Shown here piece by piece: positions 16,278 through 25,313 of a stretch of 37,894 nucleotides of DNA. The stretch is taken from assembly GCA_964565145.1 (NCBI GenBank), contig CAZMCZ010000001.1:29025-66918 (forward strand), in the 5' to 3' direction. The translations under genes and the position numbers were made by a program. The notes beneath the pieces are model-generated. The model was not told where the DNA came from. It did not search any database and saw only the letters and a list, made by a program, of their open reading frames with translations. The stretch is from an uncultured Pseudobdellovibrionaceae bacterium. GTDB lineage: Bacteria; Patescibacteriota; Minisyncoccia; Moranbacterales; GCA-2747515. The number at the start of each line of letters is the position of its first letter. Position 1 is the stretch's first letter.

Positions 16278-17372
16278 ATGCCACATATTTACCCTATTGA
16301 TACAACACGAAAGGAGATTTATCAAAAAAAAGTCTGGGGCAATTCCAAAGAACTGGAAATGATTATGGGTCCTCTGCCGGCGTGCTATGCGCAGGAGACG
16401 ATTGGTGAGATTTTTCTCGCATCGACGCATCCGGATGGTCCAAGCGCTTTTGCCGATGGAACGCGTTTTGATACGATGATTGCATCCGAAAAATGCAAGC
16501 GCACTTTCGGGCATGGGGTTTATGGGTATGGAGAATTTCCATTGTTACTCAAGATTTTGAGTGCAACGCAATCACTGTCCATACAAACACACTATGCAAA
16601 TAAGGTAGAGGCCTGGTATGCTCTTTCTGATGGAGAGATGCTTTACGGATTGACGGCCGAAGGTGAGAAAATGGTGGTTCGTGCAGAGGGTCGCAAGACA
16701 TTGGGTGAGCTTTTGCATCGCACGTCTGACGTGGAAACGCTTGCGCGATATTTTAATTACGTCACCTTTAAAAAGGGTGAGGCCTATGTCATCCATGCCG
16801 GCATGGTCCACGCACTGCTCTCGGGGACGGTTTTTGAGCCACAAAAAAATTCCAATCTCACAAATCGCGGTGGTGATTGGGGACGAAATCAGCCGGACCG
16901 CCCGTTGCATTTGAAGGAGTTTTTTGAATCGCTTTATCCTTTTGCTATTACGCCGACGCCAATCAAAAGGGTCGTGTGTGATGATTCGGCCGGCGCAACT
17001 ATGCACTATGTTTTTGCGACAAGCCATTTTGTCGTGCAAGAGCTTCACGTGCGGACGTCCTATGATTTTGCGGGCAGTCGGCATCGTTTTGTCATCGGTT
17101 TTTGCATTGAGGGCATTGTAGAGATCACCCATGGCAAGAGGCATTTTAGCGCCGTTTCCGGAAGTGTTTTTTTGATTCCGGCGGAAGACGCCGTGTGGCA
17201 TCATGCCGGCTCGGGGACAATCCTCTATACATTTGTTGCGCGCCTTCTGGAAGATGTTATTTTACCATTAATCAATCAAGGTATTGCACGTGAGGAAATC
17301 ATTCAACTCGGAGGCGTTATCCCAAAAGAAAACGATCTCTATATTGAGATGAAAGAGCACGGATTGGTGTAG
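16278..17372 (+). CDS. manA: class I mannose-6-phosphate isomerase (cupin)
   Basis: FPLLLKILSATQSLSIQTHY..VEAWY and VIHAGMVHAL match the class I PMI metal-site motifs. It starts 3 nt after the manC stop. Confidence 0.72.
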   Translation: MPHIYPIDTTRKEIYQKKVWGNSKELEMIMGPLPACYAQETIGEIFLASTHPDGPSAFADGTRFDTMIASEKCKRTFGHGVYGYGEFPLLLKILSATQSLSIQTHYANKVEAWYALSDGEMLYGLTAEGEKMVVRAEGRKTLGELLHRTSDVETLARYFNYVTFKKGEAYVIHAGMVHALLSGTVFEPQKNSNLTNRGGDWGRNQPDRPLHLKEFFESLYPFAITPTPIKRVVCDDSAGATMHYVFATSHFVVQELHVRTSYDFAGSRHRFVIGFCIEGIVEITHGKRHFSAVSGSVFLIPAEDAVWHHAGSGTILYTFVARLLEDVILPLINQGIAREEIIQLGGVIPKENDLYIEMKEHGLV

Positions 17373-17469
17373 TGTGTGCCGGATGTGGTTGTATCACATG
17401 ACGCACAGGACAAAAAGATTCTTCCGGCAGGCATAGAGATGCTCTCATTAGGGGTGGCGCTAGAGGTGC

Positions 17470-17498
17470 TTGACAATATATTTCTTCCATGCTATCAT
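17470..17498 (+). promoter_or_regulatory. sigma70-type promoter TTGACA-17-TGcTATCAT
   Basis: TTGACA at 17470-17475, TG at 17490-17491 and TATCAT at 17493-17498. It lies about 300 nt upstream of the RNase J ATG. Confidence 0.55.
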
Positions 17499-17804
17499 AG
17501 AGAAACTAGAACATCCTTCTTACAATATATAAAAATCTCTAATGGCGTGAAAGCTCTTGTTTGTGTTTTTTGTTTCCATCATTGTGTTGTGCAAAAGATA
17601 TGCCAAGGTTTTTCATGTTAGTACGTATCGCATAGCGGTCGATGATATTATGTTTTGATGCGTATACTGCATGATTTTTTCTCTTATAACATTCTTGTAA
17701 GCAACAAAAGGTGGTTGCGTGAATGTGTGATGATCAATAATAAGTATAAATAACAGAAATAGATGTGATGTTTTTACATCACTTGTGATTTCATTTAAGA
17801 ATAT

Positions 17805-19835
17805 ATGACAGAACAAACAACGCCGTATGCAACAGCGCGTCGCGCGCGTAGAAGTGTGCAAGGCGCCGGTGGATCCAATCGTCGCGGACAAAAAAATGCA
17901 CAAGAAGTGCGTACGCACGCGCAACAAAAGCGTGATGTGGCACTTGGTATTGCGACAAAGAAAACAACAAAAAAAGTAACAAAGAAAACAACAAAGAAAG
18001 CGACAAAGAAACACAGCAGAAAACGCAGTGGGAACAAGCGTGGTGGCAACGGTCGTGGACGCGGACGTTTTGCACAGCCACAAACAAATGCTGAGCGTGT
18101 GCTCGACATCACGTCACGTGATGGCGACACAAAGGCGCCAAAGATTCCGCCGATTGAAAAAGACACATTACGGATTATCCCTATCGGAGGCAATGAGGAA
18201 GTGGGTCGCAATATGGTCGTTTTTGAATATGGTACCGGTGGCGGGAAGAGCGACATCGTCGTTGTTGACATCGGTATGCAGTTTCCGGAAGAAGATATGC
18301 CCGGCATTGATTATATCGTGCCAAATGCGAGTTACCTCAAAGGAAAGGAAAAAAACATTCGTGGTGTGATTTTTACGCACGGGCATCTTGATCATATCGG
18401 TGCAGCGCCCGTTGTTCTTAAACAATTGGGATATCCGCCAATTATTGCGCGCGATCTTACGCTGGCGCTGGTCAAAAAGAAAGTAGAAGATGGCAATCCC
18501 GGAGCGGCAAGCCTTCTCAAAACAATCAGTGTAAAAAATCTTGACAAGAAAATGTCACTGGGCATTTTTAAGGTAAACTTTTTTGAAGTAGAGCATTCCA
18601 TAATGGATTCTATGGGTGTTGCATTGGAGACGCCGGTTGGCACGCCAATTCATCTTGGTGACTGGACGATTAGTCATGATCCTGCCGATGGAAACAAGAT
18701 TACATATGAACAACTCAGCAAGCTTCCCGCTCCACGCATTTTGATGCTTGAGAGTCTTGGCGCGGTAAAGACGAGTACAAGCAGTGAAAAAATCGTCCAA
18801 GGCAATTTGGAAGACTTGATTAAGGGCGCAAAGGGACGTGTGATCTTGGCGACATTTGCTTCTCAGGTGAAACGTATCAAACTTCTTTTGGAATTTTGTG
18901 AACGTGTTGGTCGCAAGGTTGCGCTTGATGGATACAGTATGCGTACAAATGTTGAGATTGCCAAAGAGCTTGGCTATATCAAAGTAAAGCCCGATACGCT
19001 CATTCCAATCAACGATATTCATAAATATCCGGATCATAAGATTTTGGTATTGTGCACCGGCGCACAAGGCGAGCACAATGCCGCGCTCAATAAGATTGTG
19101 ACGGGGCATCATCGATTTATAAAATTAAAAAAAGATGATACGATTGTGTTTTCATCGTCTGTCATTCCCGGAAATGAACGCACCATCCAGCGTCTCAAAG
19201 ACAACTTGTATCGCAAGTGTGACAATGTCATCCATAGTGACATCATGGACATCCATATGGGAGGACATTCAAACTCTTCTGATATTCAAGAAGTTATCAA
19301 AATGGTAAAGCCACAGTATTTCTTGCCGGTGTATGCTAATCATTTTTTCCTCAAAGAAGCGGTGAAGCGCGCTGTGGAAATCGGCTTCCCAAAGGGAAAG
19401 ACGGCGGTTTTGGACAATGGACAGATTATAGAATTTACAAAGAAGGGCGTTAAAGTGCGCAAAGAAAAAGCGGATAGTAGTTATGTGTTTGTTGACGGGC
19501 TTGGCGTGGGTGATATTGGGCACATGGTATTGCGTGATCGTCAGGCACTGGCCGAGGATGGCATGTATACGATTACCGTTCTTATCAACAGTCGGAGCAA
19601 AAAGGTCATCAATGTGCAGATTACCTCACGAGGCTTTATTTTTGTGAAAGACAATTTTGATATCGTCAATGAGACCAAGAAAAAGGTTGAAAAAATTGTT
19701 GCAGAGACAACAAGCAAAGACGCCACGATGGATTTTCGTGAAATAGAAAAAATGATTCGTGAGCGCATTGGTGAATACCTCTTTCAAAAAACACAACGTC
19801 GCCCGATGATCCTTCCCGTGGTGATTGAAGTATAG
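17805..19835 (+). CDS. rnj: ribonuclease J with ~120-aa basic N-terminal extension
   Basis: The core starts at LRIIPIGGNEEVGRNM, with the metallo-beta-lactamase motif THGHLDHIG. The total of 676 aa is longer than I expect for this family. Confidence 0.9.
   Translation: MTEQTTPYATARRARRSVQGAGGSNRRGQKNAQEVRTHAQQKRDVALGIATKKTTKKVTKKTTKKATKKHSRKRSGNKRGGNGRGRGRFAQPQTNAERVLDITSRDGDTKAPKIPPIEKDTLRIIPIGGNEEVGRNMVVFEYGTGGGKSDIVVVDIGMQFPEEDMPGIDYIVPNASYLKGKEKNIRGVIFTHGHLDHIGAAPVVLKQLGYPPIIARDLTLALVKKKVEDGNPGAASLLKTISVKNLDKKMSLGIFKVNFFEVEHSIMDSMGVALETPVGTPIHLGDWTISHDPADGNKITYEQLSKLPAPRILMLESLGAVKTSTSSEKIVQGNLEDLIKGAKGRVILATFASQVKRIKLLLEFCERVGRKVALDGYSMRTNVEIAKELGYIKVKPDTLIPINDIHKYPDHKILVLCTGAQGEHNAALNKIVTGHHRFIKLKKDDTIVFSSSVIPGNERTIQRLKDNLYRKCDNVIHSDIMDIHMGGHSNSSDIQEVIKMVKPQYFLPVYANHFFLKEAVKRAVEIGFPKGKTAVLDNGQIIEFTKKGVKVRKEKADSSYVFVDGLGVGDIGHMVLRDRQALAEDGMYTITVLINSRSKKVINVQITSRGFIFVKDNFDIVNETKKKVEKIVAETTSKDATMDFREIEKMIRERIGEYLFQKTQRRPMILPVVIEV
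17955..18014 (+). repeat. five tandem 12-nt repeats (ACAAAGAAAnnn) encoding (T-K-K-x)5
   Basis: ACAAAGAAAACA, ACAAAAAAAGTA, ACAAAGAAAACA, ACAAAGAAAGCG and ACAAAGAAACAC, read directly inside the rnj 5' region. Confidence 0.85.
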
Positions 19836-19886
19836 CGTGGTGCATAATAGAAACAAGCTGAAAGATCGATTGGTCTTTTATGATGG

Positions 19887-19916
19887 AAAAGCGGACTACT
19901 GCTGTAGTCCGCTTTT
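19887..19916. terminator. bidirectional rho-independent terminator
   Basis: AAAA, then GCGGACTAC 19891-19899, loop TGCT, GTAGTCCGC 19904-19912, then TTTT. It sits between the convergent rnj gene and the 155-aa gene. Confidence 0.8.
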
Positions 19917-19918
19917 GT

Positions 19919-20386
19919 TTAATCCGGTTTAAAGAGATAGCAGATTTCTTCTTGCATCTTTCTGGTTGCTTTCTGAAAGTCATCCCTCACTTGTTCTTCT
20001 AGTAAAGCGCGGTTTTCTTTGTCCTCCTCTATATACCGCGCTACAGGTTTGTGTGCCATAAATGTGGTCATCATATCTATGATGATCGTAGTCATGCTAG
20101 CAAAAAGCGTATGTGCATAGACGGTATGCACACTTCCATCACCATGGTAAGAAAAATTTTCTGACAAATCCACTGTCAGCGTTTTGATGACGTCAAGCGT
20201 GCCATCATCTACTATTTTTTTAAGCTCATGTCGGTAGGCTCTTTCGTTTCTAAAAAAGAAAATCTTTGGTTTTGCTACCGTGCTGACAACATGTTCGTCG
20301 TCTGGAAATAATTTTTTTACTTCTTGTGTGTAGAGTGGCTCTGCACACAATAGAATATAGAGTGGTTGATAATCCAGTGTTGTCAT
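19919..20386 (-). CDS. hypothetical protein (155 aa)
   Basis: Strong Shine-Dalgarno site (AAAGGAGAA) upstream of the ATG, with its own promoter and terminator. No recognisable motif. Confidence 0.7.
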   Translation of the reverse strand: MTTLDYQPLYILLCAEPLYTQEVKKLFPDDEHVVSTVAKPKIFFFRNERAYRHELKKIVDDGTLDVIKTLTVDLSENFSYHGDGSVHTVYAHTLFASMTTIIIDMMTTFMAHKPVARYIEEDKENRALLEEQVRDDFQKATRKMQEEICYLFKPD

Positions 20387-20419
20387 GACTTATTCTCCTT
20401 TTTTTAAAAGACTATTTTT

Positions 20420-20447
20420 ATCATAGAGAGATTGGCGTATTTGTCAA
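20420..20447 (-). promoter_or_regulatory. sigma70-type promoter TTGACA-16-TATGAT
   Basis: On the - strand, TTGACA is at 20447-20442 and TATGAT at 20425-20420. Confidence 0.5.
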
Positions 20448-20534
20448 GACAGCGCTTACTTTTTGTTCTTGTGTTGAGATGTCTTTTTTTCTCTATGCGT
20501 GATAAAATAGAGATATAGTAGATGGTTATTTTTT

Positions 20535-21527
20535 ATGACACAAAAGAAAAGACTTTTTAGCGGTATCCAACCAACAGGTAATCTTCACTTGGGAAATTAC
20601 CTTGGTGCCGTGCAACAATTTAAGACATTGCAACAGACACACGATGCGCTTTTTTGTATCGTTGATTTACATGCAATCACCATTGACCAAGACCCGGAGC
20701 AACTTCGGGCGCATATCATTGATCTTACACGCATCTATCTTGCCGCGGGCCTTGACCCAACGCGCGCAATTATTTTTGTGCAAAGTGATGTCAGCGCGCA
20801 TAGCGAGCTCATGTGGATTCTTAATTGTACGGTCGCGCGCATGGGCGACATGGAGAAAATGACACAATTCAAAGACAAGGCGACGGCAAACGGCGCGCAA
20901 CGTGCCAGCGTCGGCCTTTTTGATTATCCTGTGCTTATGGCGGCGGATATTTTGTTATATGATACGCAAATCGTGCCGGTGGGTGAGGATCAAGTGCAAC
21001 ACGTTGAGCTTACGCGCACACTTGCAAAGCGCTTTAACAAAAAATTTGGCGAGACGTTTATCATCCCTACGGCGAAGGTGCGCACGCACGGGAAACGCAT
21101 TATGGGATTAGATGATCCGACAAAAAAGATGAGCAAAAGCGCTCCAAGCACATACAACTATATCGCACTTACAGATGACGCGGAAACCATACAAAAAAAA
21201 GTGCGCAAAGCCGTGACAGATGGCGGGACAGACATTACCTATAGTGATGAGCGTCCCGCGCTGAAGAACCTCCTTGATATTTATCATAGTCTTTCCGGTG
21301 AGGAAATTGCAGAGATTGTTGCGCGCTATGACGGCAAAGGATTTGGTGCGTTCAAGGCGGGCTTGAGTGATGTGATTGTCGCATTTCTTGCACCGCTCCA
21401 GCAAAAAATGGCAGAGATTAGTGATGATGATGTCTTGCGCGTTTTGCATGACGGCGCTCGTCGTGCACAGGTGATTGCCAAAGAAAAACTAACAACCGTA
21501 CAATCAAAAATTGGTCTTATAAAATAA
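20535..21527 (+). CDS. trpS: tryptophan--tRNA ligase
   Basis: GIQPTGNLHLGNYLGA (HIGH region), KMSKS motif, 330 aa. Confidence 0.92.
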   Translation: MTQKKRLFSGIQPTGNLHLGNYLGAVQQFKTLQQTHDALFCIVDLHAITIDQDPEQLRAHIIDLTRIYLAAGLDPTRAIIFVQSDVSAHSELMWILNCTVARMGDMEKMTQFKDKATANGAQRASVGLFDYPVLMAADILLYDTQIVPVGEDQVQHVELTRTLAKRFNKKFGETFIIPTAKVRTHGKRIMGLDDPTKKMSKSAPSTYNYIALTDDAETIQKKVRKAVTDGGTDITYSDERPALKNLLDIYHSLSGEEIAEIVARYDGKGFGAFKAGLSDVIVAFLAPLQQKMAEISDDDVLRVLHDGARRAQVIAKEKLTTVQSKIGLIK

Positions 21528-21531
21528 ATTT

Positions 21532-22440
21532 ATGTCATTCCTTGCATCACTACGTCAATCAACATCTCCTTACAGTATCCAGGGGCAACAACTCTTAAAC
21601 CTCCTCATCCTTCTTGTTATCGGGAAGGTTTTTCTGGATTTACATGTTGCATGGTCTACTGTAATCGTTGTTGTCATTATTGCTATACTCATTGAACACA
21701 TCCTTTTATATCTGCGTGATGGGGCACTGCGGTTTTTTTCTGTTTCGTCGGTTTTGACAGCGTTGGGACTTCTTTTTATGATTCACGCAGACATGATTGT
21801 CATTTATGCGGTTCTGCTATCATTGGCGTTTGTGCAAAAATATGTCTTGCGCGTGCACGGACATCACGTTTTTAATCCCTCCAACCTCGCTGTGACACTG
21901 GCACTGCTTCTTTTTCCGCAACATACGTATGTGGAGATGTGGCAGTGGGGGCAACATCTGTGGCTGGGACTTTTGTTATTTCTCTTGGGCTTTGCCATTT
22001 TGTGGCGCGTAAAACGCATATGGATACCGCTTGTTTTTCTCGTGATTTATATTCCATTACAGATTTACCTCTTTGCACAACACGGGACGTATCCTCTTGA
22101 TTTTTTGTGGACGCGACTTTTTTCCGGAGGATTTTTGATTTATAGCATTTTTATGCTTACCGATCCGCGCACAACACCGGAGAAAACATCATGGCAGATC
22201 TTTTTTATCACGCTTGTAGCATTGACGGCAACGGCGCTTGATAAGATTTTTGGCATGGTTACGGCGCATCTTTTTTGGGCGCTTACACTCATAAGCGCAT
22301 TGGTGCCACTGATGCGACTCTGGAGCAAGGAAGATACCGTGCAGAACGACCATCGTCATAGGCGACAGACGTGGGCGATTTCTCTGGGATTATTTACGAT
22401 GTTGTTGGTTGCAATAGTGTTTTATTCTCTGCTACAGTAG
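21532..22440 (+). CDS. RnfD/NqrB-like polytopic membrane protein (stand-alone)
   Basis: HHVFNPSNLAVTLALLLFP and FMLTDPRTTP resemble conserved NqrB/RnfD motifs. About 8 TM segments. It starts 4 nt after the trpS stop. Confidence 0.6.
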   Translation: MSFLASLRQSTSPYSIQGQQLLNLLILLVIGKVFLDLHVAWSTVIVVVIIAILIEHILLYLRDGALRFFSVSSVLTALGLLFMIHADMIVIYAVLLSLAFVQKYVLRVHGHHVFNPSNLAVTLALLLFPQHTYVEMWQWGQHLWLGLLLFLLGFAILWRVKRIWIPLVFLVIYIPLQIYLFAQHGTYPLDFLWTRLFSGGFLIYSIFMLTDPRTTPEKTSWQIFFITLVALTATALDKIFGMVTAHLFWALTLISALVPLMRLWSKEDTVQNDHRHRRQTWAISLGLFTMLLVAIVFYSLLQ

Positions 22441-22445
22441 CATGT

Positions 22446-23810
22446 TTATGCTCTGATGAGTGCGAGGATCTCATCACGTTTTTGTTGCATGAGCTCCTTC
22501 GTATCGGCTTCCAAGTTGAGGCGTAGGACCGGTTCGGTATTGCTTGCGCGGACATTAAACCACCAGCGTGACCCCTTTGGCGCATCCCAGTAAGAAATTT
22601 TGATGCCATCGAGTTCGTGCAGGGCGCCATCGTGGTAGGTTTCTTTGAGTTTTTGCAGTGTTGCGGTAACGTCTTGTACTTCTGAATTGATTTCGCCACT
22701 ATGGTAATATCGTCGCAAGTCTGCGACCAGTGCGGAGATGTTTTTGTTGGTCTGTGCCATGAGATTTAAGAGCGTGAGTGCCGCATAGGTTGTGAGTTCG
22801 CCATTTTTGTTGGCTTTGAAATAGTAGTGACCGGAAAGCTCGCCGGCAAAGAGTGCATCTTCTTCGCGCATTTGCGCTTTGATAAACGCATGTCCGACAC
22901 GACACTCATGCGCAATGCCCCCGGCTTCTTCAATCACCTCTTTGACGGCCATGGAAGATCGTAAGTCGTAAAGGATGGTTGCGTGCGGCTCTTTTTTGAG
23001 GAGGACCTTGGCAAGCAGTCCGGTAACCAAGTCCATAGAAATAATGTCGCCATGTTCATCAACAAAGCCAATGCGATCGGCATCTCCATCATAGGCAATT
23101 CCGAGACTGGCACCGACTTCTATGACTTTTTCACGCAGGTCATCAAGTGTGTCGGTATTGAGTGGATTGGCTTCATGTGCGCTATAGGGGTGGTCGAGGT
23201 CGCAGTAGAGTTTGGTGATTTTGATGTTTTTGGGAAAGCGTTCATAAATGGGGAGCTCAAGGACGCCCATGGTATTTGCACAGTCAATGACAAGGTGGAA
23301 TTTTTTGTTTGCTAGGCGTGCAAAATGTGCAACGTAGTCTTCATAGGGTGTCTTGATATTCGTTGGCGTAACCTTTCCGGATGGTGCGGTCTCTGAATCC
23401 TCTTTTTTTGCAGGCATTGTGAGGACAGCATCACGAATATTATTGAGACCGGACACGCTCCCCACCGGTGCTGCATTTTTGCGACAGATTTTGATGCCGT
23501 TGTACTCTACGGGGTTGTGTGATGCTGTGACGGCGACGGCGCCATCAACAGGGAGATGCCATGATGCAAAGTAGAGCATCGGCGTTGTGATCATTCCCAA
23601 ATCAATGACATCACATCCCGCATCGGTGATGCCGAGTATGAGATGCTTCATCAGTTGTACGCCATGGGGTCGCGCATCACGTCCAACGGCAAGTGTTTTT
23701 GCGCCGAGCTCTTTGACCGTTGCCACACCGATTTTGTAGGCGGCGTCTTCATCAAAATCTGTGGGATAGATACCGCGAATGTCATAGGCCTTGAAAATTT
23801 CTTTGTTCAT
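22446..23810 (-). CDS. phosphomannomutase/phosphoglucomutase
   Basis: TASHNP phosphoserine loop (AVAVTASHNPVEYNGIK), GIAYDGDADR metal-binding loop, 454 aa. Confidence 0.9.
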   Translation of the reverse strand: MNKEIFKAYDIRGIYPTDFDEDAAYKIGVATVKELGAKTLAVGRDARPHGVQLMKHLILGITDAGCDVIDLGMITTPMLYFASWHLPVDGAVAVTASHNPVEYNGIKICRKNAAPVGSVSGLNNIRDAVLTMPAKKEDSETAPSGKVTPTNIKTPYEDYVAHFARLANKKFHLVIDCANTMGVLELPIYERFPKNIKITKLYCDLDHPYSAHEANPLNTDTLDDLREKVIEVGASLGIAYDGDADRIGFVDEHGDIISMDLVTGLLAKVLLKKEPHATILYDLRSSMAVKEVIEEAGGIAHECRVGHAFIKAQMREEDALFAGELSGHYYFKANKNGELTTYAALTLLNLMAQTNKNISALVADLRRYYHSGEINSEVQDVTATLQKLKETYHDGALHELDGIKISYWDAPKGSRWWFNVRASNTEPVLRLNLEADTKELMQQKRDEILALIRA

Positions 23811-23828
23811 AGTATTGTGTTGGTATTT

Positions 23829-24140
23829 TTATTCATTGATGTCGTTACGAAATTTTCGTAAACGCTGACGGTAGAGTGGTTGTAGATTTTCCGGCGCTTT
23901 TTTGATGAGTTGTTCATAGTAGTGTATGGTGTCTAAGGTGTTTTGCTCTTTTATAGTAGTGTTTAGAGCGCGCACAAGCATTGGATATTCTTTTTTCTCG
24001 TCTTCTGCGAGGCGATAAAATGTTGCAGCCAAGCCCCAGTTACCATCACGCTCTGCTTCTTGTGCAGCTCTATAACCCTCTTTCTTTTTTGGATCGTTTT
24101 TTTGCTCGCGCTGTACTTCGGGGATTGTATATTGTTCCAT
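23829..24140 (-). CDS. hypothetical protein (103 aa from Met-26 of the listed ORF)
   Basis: The listed ORF reaches 24215, but its first 25 codons cover an AT-rich stretch containing TGgTATACT (a -10-like element on the - strand). ATG 24140 is therefore more plausible. The gene lies immediately upstream of the phosphomannomutase gene. Confidence 0.5.
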   Translation of the reverse strand: MEQYTIPEVQREQKNDPKKKEGYRAAQEAERDGNWGLAATFYRLAEDEKKEYPMLVRALNTTIKEQNTLDTIHYYEQLIKKAPENLQPLYRQRLRKFRNDINE

Positions 24141-24189
24141 AAAAACTATTCTAGTAAATAATCTTCTCTTAACAGTATACCACTTTTTA

Positions 24190-24218
24190 TTGACGATATC
24201 ATTATTTTCGGACATAAT
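24190..24218 (+). promoter_or_regulatory. sigma70-type promoter TTGACG-17-CATAAT
   Basis: TTGACG at 24190-24195 and CATAAT at 24213-24218, 32 nt upstream of ATG 24250. Confidence 0.5.
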
Positions 24219-24249
24219 ACGTAATATATTTATTTTTTATAGCATTATC

Positions 24250-25305
24250 ATGGCGCTTCAGGTTGGTATTGTGGGACTGCCCAATGTGGGCAAGTCAACA
24301 CTCTTTAAGGCACTGACAAAAAATCCCGTCGACATCAATAATTACCCCTTTTGTACGATTGAGCCAAATGTCGGCATTGTCGAAGTGCCCGATGCGCGAC
24401 TTGACGCATTGGCGACGTTTTCGCAAACACAAAAAAAAGTGCCAACGGCGATTGAGTTTGTGGACATTGCAGGTCTTGTGGCGGGCGCGAGTAAAGGTGA
24501 GGGTCTCGGCAATAAATTTCTCGCTAACATCCGTGAAGTCGATGCGATTGTCCAGGTCGTGCGCGTTTTTGAGAATGACAACATCACACATGTAAGTGAT
24601 TGTGTGGATCCTCTGCGAGACATTGGCATCATTGAAACGGAGTTAATGCTTGCTGATATGGCAACGGTGGAGAAGACGCTTACACGATTGGAAAAAGGCG
24701 TACGTAGCAATGACAAAGAGGCCATTATACAGCGAGAAGCGGTCCTAGCGATTAAGGACGCGCTTGATCGCGGTGAGCTTGCACGGAGCGTAGAGCTTGA
24801 TCTTGCGCAGGAACCTATAGAACGTATTGTGCGTGAGATGATGCTTCTTACGAGAAAGCCGATGATCTACGTGTACAATGTCTCTGATGTTGAAGCAAAA
24901 CTCTCCAAAGGCTTAGAGGCGCGCGCACATGTCAAAGTGGATATAAAAATTGAAGAAGAGCTCATCGAGATGTCTGTGGAAGAAGCGAAAGAGTTGGAAA
25001 TGGCTTCGCATTTGCCGGAGTTGATTACGCATGCCTATGACATTCTCAATCTCCAAACATTTTTTACAACGGGAGAAAAAGAAACGCGTGCCTGGACGAT
25101 AAAAAAAGGCGCAACGGCGCCGGAAGCGGGTGGTGCGATTCACACAGATTTTACAACGCGTTTTATCCGTGCAGAGATTATTCATTGGAAAACGCTTATT
25201 GATATGGGGTCGTTTAGCGCCGCACGCGATGCCGGCGTGCTTAAGGTTGTTGGCAAGGATTACGTGATGCAGGATGGCGACGTCGCAGATTTTAAGATTG
25301 GGTAA
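24250..25305 (+). CDS. ychF: ribosome-binding ATPase YchF
   Basis: MALQVGIVGLPNVGKSTLF P-loop, and C-terminal IHTDFTTRFIRAEII. 351 aa from ATG 24250. Confidence 0.9.
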   Translation: MALQVGIVGLPNVGKSTLFKALTKNPVDINNYPFCTIEPNVGIVEVPDARLDALATFSQTQKKVPTAIEFVDIAGLVAGASKGEGLGNKFLANIREVDAIVQVVRVFENDNITHVSDCVDPLRDIGIIETELMLADMATVEKTLTRLEKGVRSNDKEAIIQREAVLAIKDALDRGELARSVELDLAQEPIERIVREMMLLTRKPMIYVYNVSDVEAKLSKGLEARAHVKVDIKIEEELIEMSVEEAKELEMASHLPELITHAYDILNLQTFFTTGEKETRAWTIKKGATAPEAGGAIHTDFTTRFIRAEIIHWKTLIDMGSFSAARDAGVLKVVGKDYVMQDGDVADFKIG

Positions 25306-25313
25306 AAAAGATA

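Noticed and set aside
17376-17621. 81-aa + strand ORF in the manA-rnj gap
   Set aside because: It begins with a non-ATG start and runs straight through the predicted promoter at 17470-17498. The sequence looks like translated non-coding DNA.
17613-18307. - strand ORFs (156, 98 and 170 aa) over the rnj 5' region
   Set aside because: Their FFVVFFV/LFSLLLF-type sequence is simply the complement of the Lys-codon repeats, so they are frame artefacts of the rnj basic tail.
20387-20534. T-box leader upstream of trpS
   Set aside because: The gap is only 148 nt and must also hold the divergent promoter. I see no T-box consensus (AGGUGGNACCGCG-like) and no specifier-loop architecture.
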